Source: a virus. From it: a DNA stretch of 64,000 bases. Position 1 is the first letter of the stretch. Every line of letters starts with the position of its first letter. Position numbers and translations under genes: made by a program. The notes under the pieces were generated by a model that was not told the DNA's origin, did no database searches, and saw only the letters and a list, made by a program, of their open reading frames with translations. Positions 9,217 through 17,743 of this stretch are shown here, piece by piece. The stretch spans positions 32,001-96,000 of the IMG/VR virus record IMGVR_UViG_3300020198_000002. The stretch is one strand, 5' to 3'.

Positions 9217-12200
9217 ATGGCTGAGTTTAGACTTGGAAGAGTAAAATTCAACTGGACTGGCAATTGGCAGCCATCCAAATCCTACTTGATTGATGACATC
9301 ATCAAGTTCGGTGGGAATAGTTACGTGGCGGTCGTTAATCACACTTCCGTAGCCAGTACAGCAGATTTTTATGTAACTGATTTTGCTAAATGGAATGTCC
9401 ATTTAGAGGGTATTTCTAATACTGGAGAGTGGGCACCCAATTATTTGTATAAGGAAAACGAGGTTTTCAAATTTGGTAACGTTCAATATAGAGTTGTTGT
9501 CTCTCACCTTTCACATGGATCTTTTCCAGATCTAAGTAAAGTAGTTGAATACGTAGCTGGATTTAAAGCTGAAGGTGAGTGGAACAATAATACTCAATAT
9601 CAAACTGGAGATGTTGTCAACTATCAAGGATCTTCTTACGTTGCTTTAACAACATCCCTCGCTGGATTTTTGCCGCCAATTAACGTTGCAATTGGAACCG
9701 ATGTCGCCGGCAAATCTTGGCAAATTCTTGCCGATGGTCTTGCAGGTGCCGCAATCACCTTTACTCCTGGTACTTACTATAGAGGTCAATTAGTACAGTA
9801 TGGTGGACATATTTTTAGACATAAACTAGGTGTTACTACAAGCGTTTATCCTTTAGGGTCTGGTGATCCCGTAACTGGAACTGGTATTGGGAATTCTGCT
9901 TGGGAGCTCTTAGTACAAGGATTCAAATTTGTAGGTAATTTCTCGACAACATTTAATTACAATGTTGGGCATGTTGCAAGATTTGGTTCAAATTCATATG
10001 TTGCAGTAGGTAATTCATTCATAAATATTGACCCTTTAGCTGGTCTTGGTACATATTGGGAGACTCTTGCTGCTGGAGACAGTTCTGCAGCTCTTACTAC
10101 CAAGGGTGATATTTTAACTTACAATGGCGGTCCATTTAGAATCGGGATTGGTTCTACTGGATATGCACTTGCAGTAAATCCTGATGGGCTTCCTGGTTAT
10201 CAAATTGTGGGTGCTCAAACTCGTGTTTACTACGTAGACTCTGAGTCTGGTGATGATGGCTCCAATGGTCTTGCACCTAACCTAGCGTTCAAAACAATTA
10301 AGCAAGCTTGTCAGGCTGCACGTCCTGATAGAAGTATCACTAATTTTGAATATACTGCATCAACTGGACTTTCAACAATTACCGCTCCTGGTCACGGATT
10401 GGCAAACGTTGGAACATTCGTTCAGTTAGCTGAAATTGAATTTGAGTGTACCTCTGGTGGTAACACTTATGGAGTTCTTGGATTCAATTACACTCCAACA
10501 ACTGGTATTGCTACAGTAACTGCTATTAATATTGGTCTTGCTCCAGAAACTGGTATTGGAAATCTATTAAGAGTGAGAGATGTTCAAGTTTCATATAACA
10601 CGGGTGCAGGAAGTACTACGGCATTATTTGCAAATGCATTTGGTGGATCAAACTTCCCAATCACTGCAATTCCAAGCAACAACTCGGTAGCATTGAACGT
10701 TGGTATTAGAACATTCTCACTCAACTATATTGGTGGAGGTACTATCTTTGCTGGTATCACTACAACCATCTTCCCAGATGTTGCTTCCAAGTCTTATTTT
10801 GAAGTTCTTCAAGTTCTTGATACGAATAGAATTGTTGTTAACGTAGGTCCTTCTACTATTGCACACACCTACGTAGGCGGAGGACATATAACTGACCTAA
10901 CTCCTGCTGTTCTAAGACTTTCTGCCTCTCAGTTCTATGAGCAACTACCAATCATTGTTCCTCCATTCACTTCTATTGTTGGACATACACTTAGAGGTAC
11001 TACTGTCTTACCTAAGACTGGATTCTCCGATGACAATTCAACTCCAAATAATAGAGCTACAATGTTCCAGTTGAGTGATGCAACTACAATTCAAGCGTTG
11101 GCATTCAAAGGATTAGAAGGATTCCATTACGACTCTGCAGCTCCTTTTGAAATTAATAATACAAACGTTAGAACTGGTGTTGGTACAACCGCTTGTGGTA
11201 AGTTCTTTGCACTTAATCCAAATTCTCCAGTTAACAATAAGTCGCCTTATGTTAAGGATTGCACATGTTTCTCCGATCCTGCCAGTGCAGATGGCAGATT
11301 TGGCGGCGGTGGAGTAGGGGTATTCCTTGATGGTGGAGTCCATGAAGAGGGTGCGAGATCAATGGTATTTGACTCGTTTACCATGGTCAACTCTGATGGT
11401 GCTGGATATATTCTTGATAAAAACGCAATTGCAGAAATCGTTTCCTGCTTTACTTATTATTGCAAGTGGGGATATTATTCTGGTGGTGGATCCAGAATTC
11501 GTGCAGTTGGTGGTAATAACTCTTATGGTGATTATGGCGTCATTGCTTCTGGATTCTCTACCTCTGAACCAGTAAGATCCGCAAGACTCTTTGGTGATCT
11601 GATGAAGATGCAACCAGCAACAATTTTGGGTACAGTCGCTGTCGGGCAGACAATGGTTGGTGAAACATCTGGTGCTCACGGTTGGCTCATAAACGATCAA
11701 AGAGCTGCAGATAAATTCCACTTCAAGTATTATCCTGGTTACGGTGCAACTGCAACTACAGCAAACGGTAACATTGCGATTGGTACTTCACCATTTATTG
11801 ATGGAGAACTCGTCAATACATATAGCCCCACTAGTGGTGCAGGTGTAGCTGGTTCTTTCTATGTTGGTGCTGCTTCCAGTTCTATAAGTGGACAGAAGGG
11901 AACTATCGTCGAAGTTGATGCTGTTAGTGGTACGCTTCTTGTTGGAGACTCGGTTGGTTTCAAAACTACTTTTGGTCAAGAATCACTATTCTACATCATT
12001 AACACAATTACTAATGTTTCTGCTGCTCAGACTTTCATCGATGGTATGACTGGTATTGCATATACTTACTACAATAGAGCAACTTTGACAATTTCTCCTG
12101 ATAAGTCAAGAGCCACTCCAGATACTAGAAATATCCACCCACTTGGTAACTTCTCTACTTCCGTATCGGCTGGTTCTTCAATTGATGTAAGAACCAAGTT

Positions 12201-13035
12201 CTCACAAGTTCGTCTAACTGGTCACGACTTCCTCTATGTCGGTACTGGTAATAAGACCGAAACCAACTATCCATTTGTTGATGAAACAGCCCTTCAACAG
12301 GGCAATGAAACAAGAACATTTGGTCCTGGTAAGGTATTCTTCGTATCTACTGACCAAGGAGGCAACTTCCGTGTTGGTCAATTCTTCTCGGTTAATCAGT
12401 TAACTGGTCGTGCAACTTTGGATGCATCCGCATTCAACCTATCTGGTCTAACAGAACTTAGACTTGGTGCGATTGGTGGTCAGGTTGGAGAATCGATTAA
12501 TGAATTCTCTTCTGATGAACAAATGGGGGGCAACTCAAATAGTGCTTGCCCAACCGAATTTGCAGTTCGTGGTTTCTTACTTAGAGACAAAATGGGTACA
12601 GGCGCAATGGTTCCACCTAGAGGAACAACTGCACAGAGACCTTCAGGCCTAGATGCAAGTTTTGTTGCAGGTGCTCTTAGATTCAATCTAACCAACTCAT
12701 CACTAGAATTTTATGATGGATCAAAATGGGTTCAGCCTGGTAAACTGACTTATAACACAATTAACTCCGCAACCACCCTGGTGGCGCAGAATGTGTACTT
12801 TGTAAATACTGTATCGGGTGCTATCACAGTCACTCTCCCCGCTAACCCAGTTATCGGGGATACGGTTAGAATCTATGACCTTGCTAAAACCTTTGATAAT
12901 AATGCATTAACCGTCAACAGAAACGGCAAATTGATTCAAGGTGATGCACAAGATTTGACAGTTAACATCGAGGGTTCTGCTTTTGATCTAACCTTCTCTA
13001 ATGATACTTGGGGATGGAGAATCTTCTCAATCTAA
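9217..13035 (+). CDS. tail fibre/spike-like protein with N-terminal carbohydrate-binding-like repeats and a beta-helix region
   Basis: AGGAG RBS; repeated W...Y..gDvV.y.G.sYva modules; VYYVDSESGDD..NG...AFKTIKQA beta-helix cap; fibre C-terminal module. Confidence 0.75.
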   Translation: MAEFRLGRVKFNWTGNWQPSKSYLIDDIIKFGGNSYVAVVNHTSVASTADFYVTDFAKWNVHLEGISNTGEWAPNYLYKENEVFKFGNVQYRVVVSHLSHGSFPDLSKVVEYVAGFKAEGEWNNNTQYQTGDVVNYQGSSYVALTTSLAGFLPPINVAIGTDVAGKSWQILADGLAGAAITFTPGTYYRGQLVQYGGHIFRHKLGVTTSVYPLGSGDPVTGTGIGNSAWELLVQGFKFVGNFSTTFNYNVGHVARFGSNSYVAVGNSFINIDPLAGLGTYWETLAAGDSSAALTTKGDILTYNGGPFRIGIGSTGYALAVNPDGLPGYQIVGAQTRVYYVDSESGDDGSNGLAPNLAFKTIKQACQAARPDRSITNFEYTASTGLSTITAPGHGLANVGTFVQLAEIEFECTSGGNTYGVLGFNYTPTTGIATVTAINIGLAPETGIGNLLRVRDVQVSYNTGAGSTTALFANAFGGSNFPITAIPSNNSVALNVGIRTFSLNYIGGGTIFAGITTTIFPDVASKSYFEVLQVLDTNRIVVNVGPSTIAHTYVGGGHITDLTPAVLRLSASQFYEQLPIIVPPFTSIVGHTLRGTTVLPKTGFSDDNSTPNNRATMFQLSDATTIQALAFKGLEGFHYDSAAPFEINNTNVRTGVGTTACGKFFALNPNSPVNNKSPYVKDCTCFSDPASADGRFGGGGVGVFLDGGVHEEGARSMVFDSFTMVNSDGAGYILDKNAIAEIVSCFTYYCKWGYYSGGGSRIRAVGGNNSYGDYGVIASGFSTSEPVRSARLFGDLMKMQPATILGTVAVGQTMVGETSGAHGWLINDQRAADKFHFKYYPGYGATATTANGNIAIGTSPFIDGELVNTYSPTSGAGVAGSFYVGAASSSISGQKGTIVEVDAVSGTLLVGDSVGFKTTFGQESLFYIINTITNVSAAQTFIDGMTGIAYTYYNRATLTISPDKSRATPDTRNIHPLGNFSTSVSAGSSIDVRTKFSQVRLTGHDFLYVGTGNKTETNYPFVDETALQQGNETRTFGPGKVFFVSTDQGGNFRVGQFFSVNQLTGRATLDASAFNLSGLTELRLGAIGGQVGESINEFSSDEQMGGNSNSACPTEFAVRGFLLRDKMGTGAMVPPRGTTAQRPSGLDASFVAGALRFNLTNSSLEFYDGSKWVQPGKLTYNTINSATTLVAQNVYFVNTVSGAITVTLPANPVIGDTVRIYDLAKTFDNNALTVNRNGKLIQGDAQDLTVNIEGSAFDLTFSNDTWGWRIFSI

Positions 13036-13044
13036 TAATATGGT

Positions 13045-13065
13045 GGGGAGGCAACTCCCCGTTTT
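13045..13065 (+). terminator. hairpin/terminator with GCAA tetraloop
   Basis: GGGGAG-GCAA-CTCCCC then GTTTT. Confidence 0.7.
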
Positions 13066-13107
13066 ATTACTTAATTTTGCAACCAAAAAACAATGGGATT
13101 GTAATCA

Positions 13108-13890
13108 ATGGCAACATATGGAAGTTATAAAAGAATCACTACTGATCGAGTAACACCTGCAAGTCTACCAGATAATGCATTTGCTACTGGTGTCGGATTC
13201 AAGTATGGCATTGCATGGATTAGAGGTCCTATAGGTGGCACTACTTCTGGGTGTTGCTGCCTTTGGACAGTACCGGCGGGTGTTCATAAATTAACTTTTG
13301 AACTTTGGGGAGCCGGTGGTAATAGTCACGGATTTTGTTCCTGGAACCGCTGCCATCACTATTTTGGTGCTGGGTCTGGCACTTACGCAACAAAAACAAT
13401 TGCAACCGCGCCAGGGTGCCAGTACACTGTTTGTGCAGGCGGAACATTTCCTTGTTGTTCTTTTGAATGTGTTGGCTGTTGTGGTTGTGTTACGTATGTT
13501 AATGGATATAACTTGAGCAACTTCTGTTCTGTCGGAGGCAATCCAGGATGTGCTAATACAGACTGGAACACAATGTGTTATTCAGATTGGGACTGTTGTG
13601 TAGGCAGAACCATGAATAGTTCAGATTTTGCTATGGGAAATATGAGACCTGCAGGTACTGGACCGTTTAACTGCCATTGTTATAGACATACTTGGTGTGC
13701 TGCTAATGCTCCATTCCTCGCTGGATCAACCACCGGCGGTGAACTTGCTGAATGCTGGGTGCGACATGCGTGTTGGACTTCGGTCTATGCCCAGGGTGGC
13801 GGCGGCGGAATGACCACTTATTGTGGAAACTGGGATAATGGTTATGGGGGAATCGGCGGCAGCGGCGTAGTTAAAATTACATACGTGTAA
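13108..13890 (+). CDS. Cys/Gly-rich tail-fibre tip/adhesin-like protein, paralog 1
   Basis: WTVPAGV...FELWGAGG and GGSGVVKITY motifs of the phage glycine-rich fibre-tip domain; 24 Cys in 260 aa. Confidence 0.7.
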   Translation: MATYGSYKRITTDRVTPASLPDNAFATGVGFKYGIAWIRGPIGGTTSGCCCLWTVPAGVHKLTFELWGAGGNSHGFCSWNRCHHYFGAGSGTYATKTIATAPGCQYTVCAGGTFPCCSFECVGCCGCVTYVNGYNLSNFCSVGGNPGCANTDWNTMCYSDWDCCVGRTMNSSDFAMGNMRPAGTGPFNCHCYRHTWCAANAPFLAGSTTGGELAECWVRHACWTSVYAQGGGGGMTTYCGNWDNGYGGIGGSGVVKITYV

Positions 13891-13916
13891 ATATTAAGAG
13901 AGGAACCAAGTAAAAA

Positions 13917-14714
13917 ATGGCAAACTATTCATCTTACAAAAAAGTCTCTAGCGATATGGTTCCAGATGCATTCGTAACGGATGCTATGCTTGCTCCTGGA
14001 ACTAGAAAAAACTACGGTGTTCAGTGGTTCCGTGGATCACCAAACTCTGTGAGCAGTGGTTGTTGCTGTTTATGGACAGTGCCAGCTGGCGTTTCTAAAA
14101 TGCATATTGAGGCTTGGGGTAGTGGTGGTAATGGTCATGGATCTTGTTCCTGGGACCGCTGCCATCACTTTAAAAGTGCCGGCGGCGGGCAATACAATTC
14201 AAAATATATATTAACTGTACCTGGGTGTCAGTATACTATTTGCGCTGGTGGTGTATTTCCTTGTTGTTCTTTTGACTGCACTGGATGTGAGGGATGTTCA
14301 TCTTATGTGAATGGATATAATTTAAGTAACTTCTGTGCAGTTGGTGGAACCAGAGGATGTGCAAATACTTCTTGGGCAGAAACTTGTTACTCCGCGTTTG
14401 AGTGTTGTTTAGCACCTGGTAATAATGGTGGAGATTTTGGTTTTATTTCTCACGGTGGCCGTTTTGGTTCGGTAGAGTGGTGGTTTGGTGTTGGATTCTG
14501 TCACTGTCACAAACAAACTACAAGATCATCAACGGCTCCTCTAATTGGAGCTAACGTAGAAATATCAATTAATTACTGTTGGATTCGTCATGGTTGTTGG
14601 ACTGTTCCATATGGCACTGGCGGCCAAGGATCACAGACGAGTTATTGTGGAGACTGGAATAATGGTTATGGAAATACTGGTGGTCCAGGATTAGTTAAAA
14701 TTACGTATTTCTAA
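13917..14714 (+). CDS. Cys/Gly-rich tail-fibre tip/adhesin-like protein, paralog 2
   Basis: Colinear with paralog 1; 22 Cys in 265 aa; GAGG RBS. Confidence 0.7.
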   Translation: MANYSSYKKVSSDMVPDAFVTDAMLAPGTRKNYGVQWFRGSPNSVSSGCCCLWTVPAGVSKMHIEAWGSGGNGHGSCSWDRCHHFKSAGGGQYNSKYILTVPGCQYTICAGGVFPCCSFDCTGCEGCSSYVNGYNLSNFCAVGGTRGCANTSWAETCYSAFECCLAPGNNGGDFGFISHGGRFGSVEWWFGVGFCHCHKQTTRSSTAPLIGANVEISINYCWIRHGCWTVPYGTGGQGSQTSYCGDWNNGYGNTGGPGLVKITYF

Positions 14715-14720
14715 TAAATA
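14713..14720 (+). promoter_or_regulatory. T4-type late promoter (AATAAATA)
   Basis: NATAAATA 20 nt upstream of ATG 14741. Confidence 0.55.
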
Positions 14721-14740
14721 ATATAAACAGGATCTAAAAA

Positions 14741-15523
14741 ATGGCAAGTTACAGTTCCTACAAGCAATTAGCACCAACACAGTATGATGATGGTATCTTT
14801 ACAGATGCAAAAATATCAAATGCAGCTTTTGCATCCTGGTGTGTTCAGTGGGTTTATGGGCAACCAGAGGTTCTTGCTAGTGGGTGTTGCTGCCTTTGGA
14901 CAGTTCCTGCTGGTGTATCAAGAGTAACTTTTGAACTTTGGGGATCTGGTGGTAATGGTCATGGATCTTGTTCCTGGGACCGCTGCCATCACTTTAGAGG
15001 TGCTGGTGGTGGATATTACAACACAAAAACAATCACCACTGCAGCTGGGTGTCAGTACACTGTTTGTGCTGCTGGTGTATATCCTTGTTGTTCTTTTGAA
15101 TGTGTTGGCTGTAACGGATGTTCATCTTATGTGAATGGATATAACTTGAGCAACTTCTGTGCAATTGGTGGATACCGTGGCGAAGCTAATACTGCCTGGA
15201 ACACAGCGTGCAATAGTGTTTATGAGTGTTGTTTAGGTCCTGGTGATAATGGTGGAGACTTTGGTATGGGTAACCACTCTGGAAACTTTGGTTGGCACGC
15301 GAGTAACTGCCATTGTCATTGTGTTGGAACAGCCCCTTCAGCAGCTCCTTTCATTGGGGGGGATAGTCAACAACAACTTCATGAATGCTGGATTCGTCAT
15401 GGTTGTTGGACTGTTCCAGCTGGATATGGTGGTATGGGAGCGATGACCACTTATTGTGGAAACTGGGATAATGGTTATGGAAATACTGGTGGTAGTGGTC
15501 TAGTTAAAATTACTTACGTTTAA
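14741..15523 (+). CDS. Cys/Gly-rich tail-fibre tip/adhesin-like protein, paralog 3
   Basis: Colinear with paralogs 1 and 2; 23 Cys in 260 aa. Confidence 0.7.
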   Translation: MASYSSYKQLAPTQYDDGIFTDAKISNAAFASWCVQWVYGQPEVLASGCCCLWTVPAGVSRVTFELWGSGGNGHGSCSWDRCHHFRGAGGGYYNTKTITTAAGCQYTVCAAGVYPCCSFECVGCNGCSSYVNGYNLSNFCAIGGYRGEANTAWNTACNSVYECCLGPGDNGGDFGMGNHSGNFGWHASNCHCHCVGTAPSAAPFIGGDSQQQLHECWIRHGCWTVPAGYGGMGAMTTYCGNWDNGYGNTGGSGLVKITYV

Positions 15524-15547
15524 TTTTAATATAAACAAAAAACTAGG

Positions 15548-15578
15548 TGAGTTGGAGTACAATCCGACTCATTTTTTT
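15548..15578 (+). terminator. rho-independent terminator
   Basis: TGAGTTGGA-GTACAA-TCCGACTCA then T7. Confidence 0.8.
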
Positions 15579-15588
15579 GTGTGATTAT

Positions 15589-15596
15589 TATAAATA
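15589..15596 (+). promoter_or_regulatory. T4-type late promoter TATAAATA
   Basis: Exact consensus after terminator, before ATG 15630. Confidence 0.8.
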
Positions 15597-15629
15597 ATAT
15601 CGAAGGATAGTTAACCTGGACAAATAACG

Positions 15630-16508
15630 ATGGCAACAAAAATTATTAAAGTAGAGTTTGATCTACCTCTTCCAAATGAGTACCTTGTAGATCATGGATA
15701 TGATAAAGGAAATTCAAGAAAATACACATATCATGGGCCAGATAAAATATATTTACAAATTGGCCAGGATGGCAGCGAAAAATATGGCCCACTCACCGAA
15801 GATGACATTGCAGATGGTCGTCCTCAACCCCTTGATGTCGTAGAGTGGTTTGAAGTTGATTGCACCAAATACCCTCTTGTTTGCCAACTAAGAGGTCCCA
15901 TCGTAAATGAGTCGCAGGAAATTTCTGGACCTATTGGTCCAGACGGGAAAACACCGAATCCACAAAAAGGTGCAGCTGCCGGGTCTGTTAAGGCACATCC
16001 ACAATCACCAGATCTGGATGGATATGAGCGGTATGTATATAGTTTGCCCATCCTTCCAAAATTTATTCATGATCCTCTTTCCGTAAAAGTAGTTGATGGT
16101 GTTCCCGTTGTAAGACCATTTACGGTAAACGAGTGTGTATTAGGAGTTGATAGAGAATTTACTATCACTGATTTGAGAATTCATAGAAACCAAATGTTAA
16201 ATGCTTCAGATTCTAGCATTTCATCGGATATGCCAGAATTTGCAGTAAATGCATTTAAGACATTTAGACAGGGTTTACGAGATTGGCCAGATTTGGTGGA
16301 AACCAAAAAGATTCCAGTACATATTGCCTTAAAAATGGCTCCTATCCATCCAGATACAAATACTCCTAATGTTGGAGTAGGCGCATATGCTGCAGCTGCT
16401 GCTGGTGATGCACGAGCTGCAGAGATTAAATCAAGACAGGAGGAACTTAGAGAATTGGCTGAGGAAGAAGGCCGTAAACAGATGGAAAGAGCGAAGTATA
16501 AGGGATAA
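15630..16508 (+). CDS. tail fibre assembly chaperone-like protein
   Basis: LRIHRNQMLNASD...FRQGLRDWP matches the R..RN.LL..SD...YRQ.LRD.P chaperone motif; follows fibre-tip genes. Confidence 0.65.
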   Translation: MATKIIKVEFDLPLPNEYLVDHGYDKGNSRKYTYHGPDKIYLQIGQDGSEKYGPLTEDDIADGRPQPLDVVEWFEVDCTKYPLVCQLRGPIVNESQEISGPIGPDGKTPNPQKGAAAGSVKAHPQSPDLDGYERYVYSLPILPKFIHDPLSVKVVDGVPVVRPFTVNECVLGVDREFTITDLRIHRNQMLNASDSSISSDMPEFAVNAFKTFRQGLRDWPDLVETKKIPVHIALKMAPIHPDTNTPNVGVGAYAAAAAGDARAAEIKSRQEELRELAEEEGRKQMERAKYKG

Positions 16509-16526
16509 TAATTACATAGTTAAAAG

Positions 16527-16545
16527 GGGGGGTCAATGACCCCCC
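16527..16545 (+). terminator. GC-rich hairpin (possible terminator, either orientation)
   Basis: GGGGGGTC-AAT-GACCCCCC; A-tract upstream, late-promoter-like CTAAATA immediately downstream. Confidence 0.55.
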
Positions 16546-16583
16546 TAAATAGTTTTAAGTTGAATTTGATATTTTAAATTCTC

Positions 16584-17729
16584 ATGAGATCTAAAGCATT
16601 TTTTATTAACGGCGGCGCCGGTAGAGTAATTTGTTCTATTCCTGCATTTGAAAAGTATGCAGAAACACATGAAGATTTTATTATCGTGTGTGAAGGGGGA
16701 ACCGATTTTTTCAAAGGACATCCAATATTACACAATAAAGTTTACGACAATTGGCACAAGGGACTATTCGAAGATCAACTGATTCATAGAGATCTTATTA
16801 GTCCAGAACCATATAGAAATTGGCATTATTACAATCAAAAGTGCAGTCTTTCTCAAGCTTTTGACATCATTATTAACGATCTGGATGATCCTAGGGAACT
16901 TCCAGATCCAACATTAAACCTCACTAAAATGGAGGTTTGTACAGCTCAAAATATACTAAAAGAAATTAAATCTGGTACAGGAAAAGATAAAGTTGTAATC
17001 ATACAACCTTTTGGTAGATCAGTACAATCTCTAGAAGATTTTATTGTTGACCCCACTTCAAGAAGTATGAATTTGGTCAATACTATTGATATTATTAATG
17101 ACCTTAAAAAAGATTATTCGATAATTATTATGAGTGAAATTCATTTTCCTCTTGAAGAAAACGAAGATAAATCAAAATATAAGGTTGCTAGACCCCAAAT
17201 TGAAGATGTTCGACTTTGGGCCGCATTAATTGAAGGTGCAGATCATTTCATTGGATGCGATAGTGTAGGACAACATATTGCAAAAGCCGTTGGTACGACA
17301 GCAACGATTATTATTGGATCAACTTTCCCAATCAATATTTCTTATCCAAATTTTTCTGGATTCGATATTATTGATATTGGAGATGGTAAGAGGAAGTATG
17401 ATCCAATCAGGGTTTCTATCGATGATGAAAGAACAAGATTTAACGATCAATCATGCGAAATGTCCAAAGAACAGGTTAAAATGGTAATTGAGTCCGCAAG
17501 AAAGAGATTGGGAAAATCAGTTGAATATAAACGACCCCAAATAGAACCAAAAAAACCCGATAGTTCTACTAATAATAATTCTGGATATCCAATTGTTCCA
17601 AGTCAACTACCAAGTTTAAAACCACAAAAATTGGAAATTCCCAACTCAATCCTCAGTTCCGCAAGTAAAACAAAAGTATCTAAGGGTTTTAAAGAAGAAG
17701 TAGAAAATTTGCTTAAGTCAACAAAATAA
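16584..17729 (+). CDS. glycosyltransferase, GT9/heptosyltransferase-like
   Basis: N-terminal GGAGRVICSIPA; C-terminal WAALIEGADHFIGCDSVGQHIAKAVG matches the GT9 (a.li..ad.fig.DSg..HlA.A.g) motif. Confidence 0.7.
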   Translation: MRSKAFFINGGAGRVICSIPAFEKYAETHEDFIIVCEGGTDFFKGHPILHNKVYDNWHKGLFEDQLIHRDLISPEPYRNWHYYNQKCSLSQAFDIIINDLDDPRELPDPTLNLTKMEVCTAQNILKEIKSGTGKDKVVIIQPFGRSVQSLEDFIVDPTSRSMNLVNTIDIINDLKKDYSIIIMSEIHFPLEENEDKSKYKVARPQIEDVRLWAALIEGADHFIGCDSVGQHIAKAVGTTATIIIGSTFPINISYPNFSGFDIIDIGDGKRKYDPIRVSIDDERTRFNDQSCEMSKEQVKMVIESARKRLGKSVEYKRPQIEPKKPDSSTNNNSGYPIVPSQLPSLKPQKLEIPNSILSSASKTKVSKGFKEEVENLLKSTK

Positions 17730-17743
17730 CAAGGAGATTTATT

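Noticed and set aside
13108-15523. Diversity-generating retroelement (TR/VR) explanation for the repeats among the Cys-rich genes
   Set aside because: All three copies are intact genes, differences are not confined to adenines, and no reverse transcriptase is in the window.
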